Assembly: GCA_020137815.1 (NCBI GenBank) | Contig: CM035359.1 | Location: 7,936,001 to 8,000,000, forward strand | DNA from: Hormiphora californensis | Lineage: Eukaryota > Animalia > Ctenophora | Direction of reading: 5' to 3' | DNA length: 64,000 nucleotides | In this document: positions 12,626 to 23,991 of the stretch, in pieces | How positions within the stretch are numbered: the stretch's first letter is position 1 | How the letters are laid out: each line of letters starts with the position of its first letter | Notes under the pieces: model-generated | Database searches by the model: none | The model's input: the letters and a program-made list of their open reading frames with translations, nothing else | Told to the model about the DNA's origin: nothing | Position numbers and translations under genes: made by a program

Positions 12626-13196
12626 CAGTCATAATTTTGGGTGATTACACACAGAGAGATGTGACAAAACAAGGTACAAACTAAGCAAAACTACACAAAA
12701 ATAAACTTCTACACCTGTTACACACAGGGAACCCGTTCTGTTAGTTTTAATTAGTGAAAAGAAGACAGGGATAAAGAGAGAGATACGAGAGAGGGAGATT
12801 GGAATTCTTGCAAATAGTGAACAACAAAACATGATAAGGGGATAATTAGTGAGAGAAAGAGGGAGAGTGGGTGTAATTTGACAGACTTTGTGTCGCTTGG
12901 CACTGTGTCAGTCATATTCTGTGTGTTTGTGTGTGAATAAGGTGTAAAAATACTGAGGGGACACTGTTCTTACTTATATCTCGCTACCTCTATATCTGCA
13001 CGCTCCCGCGGAAGCACAGTGCATATTTCAGCGTGCAAATGGTCGCGCACAGCGGGAGTGATATGTGCACTCGCGGTATATATAACTACATAATAACTAT
13101 CATTATCGTATCAGTCGTTATCAGTTTCATATCACATCTCATCGCTCTGACTGTGACCGTTACTTGCTGCAGTTTTCTAGAACAATATATACATCA

Positions 13197-14225
13197 ATGC
13201 CCAATCCAGACCCTCTTTCCTTGATGATGATGAGCCTTGTTGAGAGGAGTAGTCCCGGGCATGCCATGGCCTACAAGGTTGAGGATTTTACTCGATCTGT
13301 GTATGGAGACAAGCGTGAAGATGTTGATCATATTGGTATTTTTGAGCTTGTCTCTAATGGTGAGGAGGTCCCTGGTTTCTCCGCCAGTGATTTTGACACA
13401 CGTCAGTTTACCAAACAGGTTTTGAGTACCTTGTTGGAGTCTGCTTGCAGTTTGCTATTCAAGCAGTGCCTTCCTTACTTCATGCAAACTAGGAAGTTAC
13501 AGTGTTACACGACCAGGTTGCTAAGTTAGAGAAGGAAGCAGAAGAAGAAAAGAAGACTTCAGTTCCCGCCACCTCCACTAGTGCCTTACAGCTGAGTGAA
13601 GAGCTGAATGCTGCCCAGAGGAAGATCATCACCCTCCAGGAGCAAGTGATTGCGCTGAAGGATGATGTCAGATTGGCTGAGTCCAGTGCAGTCACCAAGA
13701 CTGTAGAGAGAGATATGAAGAGCTTTTCTACTGTTCTCTCCCAGAATTGTGCAGTAGCAATGGCACCAAGGAGGATCCAACAAGCTGTGCGGAAAGCTAC
13801 ATCAAGCTCTGTTCCCGAGGACAGGTCCTGTAACCTGATGATATTTGGGTTGCCAGAGGAGTCATCGAAGGAGACTGTTCACTGTTCAGACCTCTGTCAA
13901 AGGCCAAGGAGTTTTGGACCAGTTGAATGAGAAGCCAGTTCTGGACAAGTGTGACAGAGTTGGTAGTCCGACAGCTGGGAAGGTGAGGCCTGTCAGAGTA
14001 ACCCTCAAATCGAGGGAAACTCTGATCGCTATCCTGAGGAAGGCGAAGGAACTAAAGGGTTCTACCGGTGAAATAGAAAAATACTGCAAGGTGTTTCTAG
14101 AGCCTGATAGGACCCCCGAGGAGAGATTGGAAAGGAGAAGAACTCTACAAACCCTGAGTGATTTGAGAGTGTCACATCCTGAGGGACGTTACGTGATAAG
14201 ACGTGGAGTGATTCAGTGTGTGTAG
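13197..14225 (+). pseudogene. LINE ORF1p-like protein (coiled coil + RRM-like + CTD), frameshifted, no ORF2 downstream
   Basis: DRSCNLMIFGLPE...RPVRVTL...ILRKAKELK...VFLEPDRTPEERLERR; collinear homolog of 15341-16390; frameshifts near 13490 and 13885, the latter at a 7-bp ACTGTTC duplication. Confidence 0.8.
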
Positions 14226-15253
14226 AACTCCGGGTGTTGCCTGTTATAGCGGGATTTTCCTGCGTTGGCAAAGCCCTTGATTGGGTGTGTGGAAATATTT
14301 GATTTTCATTGTTTTCCGTACCCTTTCTAAATTTTACCCCGATAAAAAATCAGGCAATTTGCGATTTGCGGGTATCGCACTATAGACGCAGTACCCACGT
14401 ACTAAAGACGCATTATAGACGCACTATAGATGCATTATAGACACATGCAATATAAACGGACTTTCGTAAGCAGCAGTATTATACTAATAGACGCAGTATA
14501 GGCGCATTATAACAGCTATATAAACGCATTTTTATAGACGCGACGCAGTATAGCCGCATTATAGGCGCACTACCCACTACCCAGAATCACCTTTAAATAG
14601 ACTGACTATAGCAGCACTATAAACGCTACATAGACGCATATAGACGCATTATATACGCAAATCGCTTTTTACAGGTCACGCCGCGTCTATAAAAACGTGC
14701 TTTTTTAAGAAGCACTATAGACGTATAACTCAGACGCACGCTGCGATATTTGAGGTGCAGTTGGGCGAACTATAAACGCATTTTTGTCGCATATAAAAGG
14801 AAGCAGTACAGGGTGTCATAACCGGGCTCCTCAGAGTTAGACATAACGAGTAACCGTCACTTTTCAACACAGAGATAAGAGACAGCAGCTTTTCAAACGC
14901 ACGATAGTAGAGGGAGAGAGGGAGGGATACAGAGACAGATCAGACAGAGAGAGATGGACAAAGATCTGAGACAGACGGACAGAGAAAGATGGAGAGAGAT
15001 TAAGATGAAGAAAGAGTGAGACAGAAAGGAAGATAGTAAGCGCGTGTTTGTCCGTCCGTCTTTCTCTGTCCGTTTTTTTCCATCTCTGACCTCTGTCATT
15101 TTCTGTCTCACTCCGTCCCTATCTCACTCTCTCTCTATCCATTTCTCCCTCCCTCCCTCTCTCTCTCCGGCCCTCTCCTTATTTTGCGTCTATATTGCGT
15201 CTTTATCGATTTTGCACACATGCGGCTATAATGCGTCTATACTGCTTCCTTTT

Positions 15254-16690
15254 CACTTCTCACATATCACTTATCAGTTTCGTTTGAAAAGCTCGTTCCT
15301 GATAGTTTTTGATCTTGCACCGTTGTACACGCGTACGAACATGGCCTCCAAGTTGGATCGTGCCTTCACTACCTGGCAACAGGGCGGTCCGGGCAACCGT
15401 CCTTATGGTATGACTTCTGATTACAGTAAGCTAGAGACGTCTATCTTATCTACATTGAGGAGAGTTGCTGGGTACCCTGACCCTAACAAGGAAGGTGGTG
15501 AGTTTGATCCGAATAAGTTGACCAGCAAATACCTCTCAAGTCTAGACACGAACAAGAAAGTACAGCTTCTTTCTGACATGGCTGGTTTGCTTTGGTTTCG
15601 TGCACTTCCTCTTAGTCGATTAGCTAGGAAGGAGTTGTTATCAGCTGACACGAGAGCGAAACAGAATAGTTCTGTGTGCAGTAATGAATCGAAAGAAACG
15701 GTAGAGAAGCTGATGGAGCATATGGACCACACCCGTGACCGCCTTGACAGTGCTACAGATTTGGTATTAGAACGTGATTCCAAGATCATTGAACTGCAAT
15801 CAGAGATCAGTGCCTTGAAAGACTCTATAATATCCATGAAGGACACCATGCTGGAGAAGAGTGTGACTGCTGTACAGACAGTTGTTAAAGACGAGATCCA
15901 GAACTACTCTGCTGTTCTCCAGACAGCTGCTACTGCTGTAAACCAGACCTGCGTAACTGCCCTTGCTCCCAGTAAACTCCGAACAGCAATTGCCAGTGCT
16001 TCAGTTGATCGTAGTAGCAACCTGATGGTATATGGTCTCGCAGAGAGTGATCAGCAAAGTGACAGTACTTTAGTAAAGGAACTATTTGAACAGTTGTCTG
16101 AGGCACCAGTGTTATCAGAGGTGGCACGACTTGGTAAGAGAGGTGGTGAGGGAGTGCGGCCAGTGCGGGTGGTGCTGAGGAACAGAGAAGTTGCCAGAAC
16201 TATTTTGGGGAAATCAGCGACGCTGAAGGACTCAGACCAGTATCAGTCAGTGTTTGTTGCACCAGACAGATCAGTAGAGGAGAGAACTGAGAGACGAGAA
16301 TTAGTTGCTAAACTGAGAGAGAAAAGAGATAATGAACCTGATAAAGTCTGGAGGATTAGAAGAGGTTCTATTGTAGAGAGTGAAACATGAGAAGTGTTGA
16401 GAGAATTTAGTGAGAGTGATGAATAAGATATTGTTTTAGATATGGATTTATTAATGATTTATACTATTGTTTTGGTTTTCAGTTTTGTAAAGACATAGTG
16501 GGGACCAGGGTGGGGTAGCAGGTTCAAAGCACACATAAGACCTAACCGTCTTCGTGCTGACGACCCTGTTACGCCACCCTGAATCCTCACTCAGTTTGGT
16601 CTGTGTGGTTGGTTTGTTTGCTATTATATGTTTATTTCGGCGCAATGCCACTGCCAGCGGCAGTTTTGATTGATTGATTGATTGATTGAT
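15254..16690 (+). mobile_element. ORF1-only non-autonomous non-LTR retroposon
   Basis: Interrupts the host right arm exactly (expected ttcctttt-atat-gcgac); 87-nt 5' UTR, one intact ORF, structured 3' UTR, terminal stem-loop, (TGAT)6 tail, no TSD. Confidence 0.8.
15341..16390 (+). CDS. LINE ORF1p-like protein, 349 aa, intact
   Basis: First ATG inside the element (MASKLD...); heptad coiled coil followed by DRSSNLMVYGLAE...RLGK...RPVRVVL...VFVAPDRSVEERTERRELV, as seen in L1/CR1/L2-type ORF1 RRM-CTD regions. Confidence 0.85.
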   Translation: MASKLDRAFTTWQQGGPGNRPYGMTSDYSKLETSILSTLRRVAGYPDPNKEGGEFDPNKLTSKYLSSLDTNKKVQLLSDMAGLLWFRALPLSRLARKELLSADTRAKQNSSVCSNESKETVEKLMEHMDHTRDRLDSATDLVLERDSKIIELQSEISALKDSIISMKDTMLEKSVTAVQTVVKDEIQNYSAVLQTAATAVNQTCVTALAPSKLRTAIASASVDRSSNLMVYGLAESDQQSDSTLVKELFEQLSEAPVLSEVARLGKRGGEGVRPVRVVLRNREVARTILGKSATLKDSDQYQSVFVAPDRSVEERTERRELVAKLREKRDNEPDKVWRIRRGSIVESET

Positions 16691-17148
16691 GCGACAAAAA
16701 TGCGTTTATATAACGCCCAACTGTGCCTCAAATAACGCACTGTAGCCTGGAGTACGTCTATAGTGCTTCTTTAAAAAGCACGTTTTTTATAGACGCAGCG
16801 TCTATAAAAAGCAATTTGTGTCTATAATGCTTCTATTATGCGTCTATATGCGTCTATGTAGCGTTTATGGTGATGTTATAGTCACTCTATAATGAGTCTA
16901 CAGTGCGTCTATAAGGCGATTTTGGCGTGGTTAGTTCGCTATACTGCGTCGCGTCTATAAAAATGCGTTTATATTACTGTTATAATGCGCCTATACTGCA
17001 TCTATACTGCTGCTTACGAAAGTCCGTCTATATTGTGTGTGTCTATAATGCATCTATAGTGCGTCTATAATGCGTCTATAGTACGTGGATACTGCGTCTA
17101 TAATAGTGCGATGCCCACAAAACGCAAATTGCCTAACTATCACATATC

Positions 17149-17212
17149 ATGTTAGGGAAGATGCTCCTCGTCTGGTTAATATGGAGTACTATCCTGGCTT
17201 CCTTGGCAGCAG
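17149..17212 (+). CDS. Possible first coding exon of a host gene (signal peptide)
   Basis: MLGKMLLVWLIWSTILASLAA followed by a phase-1 donor CAG|GTATAA. Confidence 0.45.
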
Positions 17213-17406
17213 GTATAAAAATTATATGCATTATACTCAATGATTTCATTTGCTGTAAAACTCTTGCACCCTACCAGTACCACGCGTATTCGCCACATAC
17301 CGTATTAGGTATTCAGCCACCGTATTCCCACTACAAGCAGCACTGTCACTAACCTGTTTCCATTCGTCTCTGTCACCCACACTGCCTCATATTTATAACC
17401 TTTCAG

Positions 17407-17490
17407 GGTCCAGTTCTTGTCGCCTCCCTTACCAGCTCTACCATAAGGTGGTCGGATTTCATATAAGCCAGACAAGGACTGAAAACTCAG
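17407..17490 (+). CDS. Possible second exon of the same gene
   Basis: tttcag acceptor, CAG|GTAACA donor, 84 nt, open in phase 1-1 (GSSSCRLPYQLYHKVVGFHISQTRTENS). Confidence 0.4.
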
Positions 17491-17564
17491 GTAACAGTAC
17501 ATTACATGAACTTTTTGAGCAAACCTTGACCTTTACTTCTAAAGATCTCTCGGGAGCGAGGAGC

Positions 17565-17610
<46 letters not shown>

Positions 17611-17642
17611 GAGGATAGGAGAGGACGAGAGGAGAGAGAGAG

Positions 17643-17682
<40 letters not shown>

Positions 17683-17798
17683 CGGGAGAGAGAGAGGAGA
17701 GCGAGAGAGGCGAGAGAGGAGATGCCTGGAGGCTCTATCGTAGCAGCGAGTCGCGATAGAGCGATAGCTCGAGTTCTCTCTCTCGATCTCTCTCTTTG

Positions 17799-17862
<64 letters not shown>

Positions 17863-18610
17863 TTCTTCCACTATACCCCATCGCTGACTATTTTTGTACT
17901 TCCTGCTGTGAAATCAAGGTGACGTCATAGCGTGACGTAACTAGGAACCGGCGATATCGGATTTTTTTTTCGATTCGATCTCGATCTTTTTTGGACGACC
18001 AAAATTTTTCGATTCGATCTCGATTCGATCTTTTGGGGTTCAAAAACTTTCGATTCGATCTCGATTCGATCTTTGAGCGTTCAAAAAATCTCGATTCGAT
18101 CTCGATTCGATCTTTGAGGGTTCGAAAAATCTCGATTCGATCTTTCGGTTTTCAAAAATTTCGATTCGATCTCGATTCGATCTTTGGGGGATCAAAAAAT
18201 ATCGATTCGATCTTTCTGCGATCAAAATTTTTCGATTCGATCTCGATTCGATCTTTGGGGGATCAAAAAATATTGATTCGATCTCGATTCGATTTTTTCC
18301 CTGCCCGGGTGGATGCCCGAAGGGCATCCACCCGGATGATCGTTTTAGCACGTGTGCTAAAAAGATTATAAAGGGTTTAGAAATCTCGGATTTGAAATAG
18401 TAACTCGAGCGTGGTCAAAATCGCGTGTGTCACGGTAGCAGCCTGACAACCGCGATGCTGACAATTTTGAAAAGTTCGTCTGCAAAGTTATTTCACTACG
18501 GACCATGGTGGCGCGCGCTCAAAACTTGCTGCGCGCGCAGCGCTGTTGTTCTCACACCTCGCGCGTTACAGCAGAGCGCCGCTATACTACTAAAGTACTC
18601 CCCAAACTAC

Positions 18611-21600
18611 GGCAATTTCTGATTGCGTCTAGACGGTATACCGTCTGGACGGGTTTCGGTGAAATCAGCTAAAAACGGTACCGAAATTGCTTGAGACGGG
18701 TTATAGACGGTATCAGACGGTCTCTAGACGGGTTATAGACGGTATCAGACGGTGTTGCGACGGTATCAGACGGTCTCTAGACGGTGTCTAGACGGTACCG
18801 TCCCGGCGTCTGGACGGCGTCTGGACGGTGTCTAGCCCTTTAAGGACGAGAAGGATTGGCTCGATAGATTTTTCTAATTTTTCGTTTATAAGTAGATATT
18901 ATTACCACAAACTATCTCGAAAAAGAAATTTGAAGTTTCGACATGTAGTTTTTGCTGGGCCCACTGTGTCATATATGACTCTATCGTCCGTAAGGGAATT
19001 CTAGTAACAAATGTCATTTGTGCAAAAGTATGGGTCCAATAGTCAAATTTTATGCTTTGAGGCAGTCTATAGCTATAATTTCTACAATCTTGAACGGTTT
19101 TTACTAGAAAAATACCCCAAATTCTACATTTTGTATCATATATGACTCTATCGTCCCAATAGGTAAATTCTCCAAAAACATCCATAACTCGGGCTAGAAA
19201 AGGAGCTAAGAGTCAAATCAGGACACTAAACTGAGTAGAATCATCGCATTAATGGGGGTAGAGCACATATTTAGGTCGCTATCTTGCCCCCTAATTGAGA
19301 TAATTGGATAATTAGCCAATCATCTGTCCCGCGCATACTAATAAATGAAACTTTGCTTTGGGAAGGAGTTATGAGGCAAATGGGGGCACTAAAATGTGTA
19401 GAATCATCACATTAGTGGGGTTAGAGCACATATTTAGGTCTCTATCTGGACCCCTAATTGAGATAATTGGATAATTAGCTAATTAGTTGCCCTCCAGCGC
19501 TAAAAAATTAAATTTGGCGGAGTATACAAGAAAAATGGGGGCACTAAATTGTGTAAAATCGTCGCCTTAGTGGGGGCAGAGCACATAGCTGAGTTTCTAT
19601 TCCCGCTCCTAATTGAGATAATTGGATAATTAGCTAATTGACGGTTGCATAATGCCCCCTTTTCACCATATACCGTGGTTTCTGGCTAATCCTGAGGTCT
19701 TTTGTTCAATCTAAGGATTTTTTGGCATCCCTTTACCCCATTTGTATCACCTTTGACTCGTTTTACACAATAATATAGCACTCTATACAACCCTAGACGC
19801 CGACTTCAGCTCTGTACAACCCCTTGCTTCATTCCTAGACCTCTCATACATAAACGCCTTCTACAGATCATCTTTATTTTCGATGGAGTTCATGAGAAGT
19901 TTCCTTAGTGGCAAATGAGATTGTGAGAGTGATGAGGAGAAATAATGTAGGGGGAATCTAAACTGTGTGTCCAATAATAAAATGGGAAACTGTAGTACAT
20001 TAGGGTTCATTCAACGTCTTGTAGGAGCAATAGGATATCCCAAAAAAAATCGGTTAGGAAGGTGTATGGATCTCGAAATTATGAGAGGTCTAGGATTAAG
20101 CAAGAGGGTTCTAAAGAGCTGAAGGCGGTGTCTAGGGTTGTATAGAGTGCTATATTAGTGTGTAAAACGAGTCAAAGGTGATACAAATAGGGTAAAGGGA
20201 TGCCAAAAGATCCTTAGATTGAACAAAAGACCTCAGGATTAGCCAGAAACCACGGTATATGGTGAAAAGGGGGCATTATGCAACCGTCAATTAGCTAATT
20301 ATCCAATTATCTCAATTAGGAGCGGGAATAGAAACTCAGCTATGTGCTCTGCCCCCACTAAGGCGACGATTTTACACAATTTAGTGCCCCCATTTTTCTT
20401 GTATACTCCGCCAAATTTAATTTTTTAGCGCTGGAGGGCAACTAATTAGCTAATTATCCAATTATCTCAATTAGGGGTCCAGATAGAGACCTAAATATGT
20501 GCTCTAACCCCACTAATGTGATGATTCTACACATTTTAGTGCCCCCATTTGCCTCATAACTCCTTCCCAAAGCAAAGTTTCATTTATTAGTATGCGCGGG
20601 ACAGATAATTGGCTAATTATCCAATTATCTCAATTAGGGGGCAAGATAGCGACCTAAATATGTGCTCTACCCCCATTAATGCGATGATTCTACTCAGTTT
20701 AGTGTCCTGATTTGACTCTTAGCTCCTTTTCTAGCCCGAGTTATGGATGTTTTTGGAGAATTTACCTATTGGGACGATAGAGTCATATATGATACAAAAT
20801 GTAGAATTTGGGGTATTTTTCTAGTAAAAACCGTTCAAGATTGTAGAAATTATAGCTATAGACTGCCTCAAAGCATAAAATTTGACTATTGGACCCATAC
20901 TTTTGCACAAATGACATTTGTTACTAGAATTCCCTTACGGACGATAGAGTCATATATGATACAACGACTAAAACGTTAATAACTCATTCAATTTTCAATA
21001 TTTTTTGATGCGGTTTTTTGCATTCGATTTGTTATGTCAAGTAGTTTTATCCCTTCAAAGGATTATTTGTGCCCCTCAAAAACAAAAATTTGAGAGGGGT
21101 TTTTAAAAAAAGGCCTAAATTAGCCTCCCGAGAAGGGCCATAAAAAAAATTCTTCGATTTTCCGAGCAGATTTGGACGTGGTTTTGGGTTCAAAATCCCT
21201 AAAACTAGCTTGTGACAAAAAATTAGCCACCTAGACATCATGTAGCGCCTTCCAGACGGTCTAGAATGGACCGTGTCATATATGACCTATCGCCCTCAAA
21301 GGGCTAGACGGTATCCGTCCGAAGTTGAGACGGCACGTCTGAAAATTGTACCAGACGTTGAGACGGACTTTTAGAACTCCGTCTGTATTTCAGACGGAGT
21401 TTTAAAAGTACGTCTCAACGCAGTCTAAAGGAAAATCGATGAAAGTACCGTCTAGACAACGTCTCAACTGAAACCGGTCAACATACCGTCTAAACAACGT
21501 CTAGACAACGTCTAAACAGAATCTCGCGATTCAGTTTCAAATACCGTCTAGACAACTTCTCCAGCAATTTCGATACGAATACCGTCTAAACAACGTCTAG

Positions 21601-22455
21601 ACAACGTCTTAAGCGAATCCGATACAGATACCGTCTAAACAACGTCTCATAACCGACACTATCTATCACTGATAGTATCAGCCATAGACAGTATATTTGA
21701 AGTTGGGTACGAAAATTACCGGGAGGATAACCCCTTTCCCGTCCCCGAGCATCGCGGTACGACTGTGCTGGTTAAACACATGTGTAATTTTCATTCAATA
21801 GGCACACATCTACCACTAATTCCAACTGGCATGGGTAATCCAGAATGGTCTTCGAAAACGGTCGAGTCTAGACATCATTATTTGAGACGTTGTCTAGACG
21901 TTGTTTAGACGGTATTCTTATCGAAATTGCTGGAGAAGTTGTCTAGACGGTATTTGAAACTGAATCGCGAGATTCTGTTTAGACGTTGTCTAGACGTTGT
22001 TTAGACGGTATGTTGACCGGTTTCAGTTGAGACGTTGTCTAGACGGTACTTTCATCGATTTTCCTTTAGACTGCGTTGAGACGTACTTTTAAAACTCCGT
22101 CTGAAATACAGACGGAGTTCTAAAAGTCCGTCTCAACGTCTGGTACAATTTTCAGACGTGCCGTCTCAACTTCGGACGGATACCGTCTAGACACCGTCCA
22201 GACGCCGTCCAGACGCCGGGACGGTACCGTCTAGACACCGTCTAGAGACCGTCTGATACCGTCGCAACACCGTCTGATACCGTCTATAACCCGTCTAGAG
22301 ACCGTCTGATACCGTCTATAACCCGTCTCAAGCAATTTCGGTACCGTTTTTAGCTGATTTCACCGAAACCCGTCCAGACGGTATACCGTCTAGACGCCGT
22401 CTAGACGGCGTTGCGACGCCGTCTAGACGCCGTATGCGGCAAATCAGAAATTGCC
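18611..22455. mobile_element. Mutator/Foldback-like element with long AGACGG-repeat arms
   Basis: TIR ggcaatttctgatt; perfect 9-bp TSD ccaaactac; empty site seen in the duplicate at about 24653. Confidence 0.88.
18836..21303. mobile_element. piggyBac-like non-autonomous element with CTAG TSD and ~0.9-kb internal inverted arms
   Basis: TIRs ccctttaaggacga / tcgccctcaaaggg; CTAG on both sides; the opposite host arm shows a single CTAG. Confidence 0.78.
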
Positions 22456-22738
22456 CCAAACTACTATGTCCCTCACTCGGGTTTTGTGAAATTTCCCACG
22501 GTCATAACTCCACTCCCTGATGAGATAAAGACTTGAAATTTGTTTTGTAGGAAGAACTCGACATGATCTCCTCACAAAACAAATTTCAAGTCTCTATCTC
22601 ATCAGGGGGTGGAGCTATGGCTGTCTAAAATCCGGTCGCGCGCAGCAAGGGACATAATAGTTTGGGAGGACCTTTAGCGCTCGAATGGATTTAACTTAGT
22701 TAATCTGATCGAAACTAAAAGCTCAGCTCGTTAGTATA

Positions 22739-23030
22739 GGGATCCCTAAAAAAGTTCAGTATTTACACAGCGTTTACACAGTCTTTACACAGTCGTTACA
22801 CCCAGAGCGGCGCGTGCTGCGTTTTGCGGCTTTTTCTAAGAAAATATTGGATTGTGTGCTGCACAATTGAGTAAATTGAGCGCTGCGGCGAAAAAAGTTT
22901 CCAAAAACGCTGCAAATCGAGTGCGAAAGACGCAGTCTTTACACCCAGAGCGGCGTGGGCGCTCTGGGTGTAACGACTGTGTAAAGACTGTGTAAACGCT
23001 GTGTAAATACTGAACTTTTTTAGGGATCCC
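22739..23030. mobile_element. TA-flanked palindromic MITE (GGGATCCCTAAAAAAG TIR)
   Basis: About 70-bp TIRs; copies at 24939-25230 and 37726-38017. Confidence 0.85.
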
Positions 23031-23493
23031 TATGGTGATTGACGGAACGCGAGAAGTTCCTATGCATAGCTTAGTGTCACATAACATTGTAATTAGGCGT
23101 TGGCGACGACGATCATATCACATTGCACGGTATCATCTAGTGTGGGCGGCGCTTAACAGATCTCATCGCTTATCAGTGAATGTGATCGATTTCAGTATTC
23201 GTTGGCAGGGAAACACAGCATTATGAAACATAATGCAATAATAATTCTTGTTCGGGGTTCAAAAAATATCGATTCGATCTCGATTCGATCTTTGGGTGAT
23301 AAAAAACTTTCGATTCGATCTCGATTCGATCTTTTGGGGTTCAAAAAATTTCGATTCGATCTCGATTCGATCTTAAAGGGTTCAAAAAATCTCGATTCGA
23401 TCTTTGGGCGCTCAAAAAATGTCGATTCGATCTTTGGGCTCAAAAAACTACTCGATTCGATCCGATCCGATCTCTCGATCTTTCGATTCGATT

Positions 23494-23783
23494 GGGGGGG
23501 GGGGGTGACACGTAACACTTTGTAACACTTTGTAACATGTGCAGAAAGTTTTTTGTGCACGTTACATGTTACAAAGTGTTACAAAGTGTTACAAAATGTT
23601 ACAAAGTGTTACAAAATGTTACAAAATGGGCATTTTTTGCAACATTTTGCAACATTTTGTAACACTTTGTAACACTTTGTAACACTTTGTAACGCTTGTA
23701 ACACTTTGTAACATGTGCAGAAAATATTTTGTGCACGTTACATGTTACAAAGTGTTACAAAGTGTTACGTGTCACCCCCCCCC
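23494..23783. mobile_element. MITE with G-run termini and TGTAACACTT repeats
   Basis: Inverted ends; absent from the duplicate copy; apparent 7-bp TSD ttcgatt. Confidence 0.75.
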
Positions 23784-23842
23784 TTCGATTCGATATTATC
23801 GCCGGTTCCTAGACGTAACGAAGTTATACCGTCATGGTGGTG

Positions 23843-23912
<70 letters not shown>

Positions 23913-23991
23913 TTCTTCCACTATACCCCATCGCTGACTATTTTTGTACTTCCTGCTGTGAAATCAAGGTGACGTCATAGCGTGACGTAAC

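Larger units (their letters stand above)
14353..17133. mobile_element. Mutator/Foldback-like non-autonomous element with long repeat-rich TIRs; host of the ORF1-only insertion
   Basis: ggcaatttgcg...cgcaaattgcc termini; about 450-bp inverted arms built from TATAGACGCA-like units; possible decayed 9-bp TSD (aaaaaatca/taactatca, 6/9). Confidence 0.75.
18293..23252 (+). mobile_element. Helentron-associated (HINE/DINE-1-like) element, copy 1, with nested insertions
   Basis: subTIRs tttccctgcc/ggcagggaaa, 5' hairpin, 3' stem-loop gcattatg-aaa-cataatgc, T-rich ends, no TSD. Confidence 0.8.
17942..23811. mobile_element. hAT-like MITE made of TCGAT micro-repeats (outer shell of the nest)
   Basis: TIRs taggaaccggcgata/tatcgccggttccta; perfect 8-bp TSD gacgtaac. 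Confidence 0.88.

Noticed and set aside
15044-15340. 448-aa ORF start in the ORF track
   Set aside because: The first 99 codons use a GTG start and run through CT-rich host-element DNA; the credible start is the ATG at 15341.
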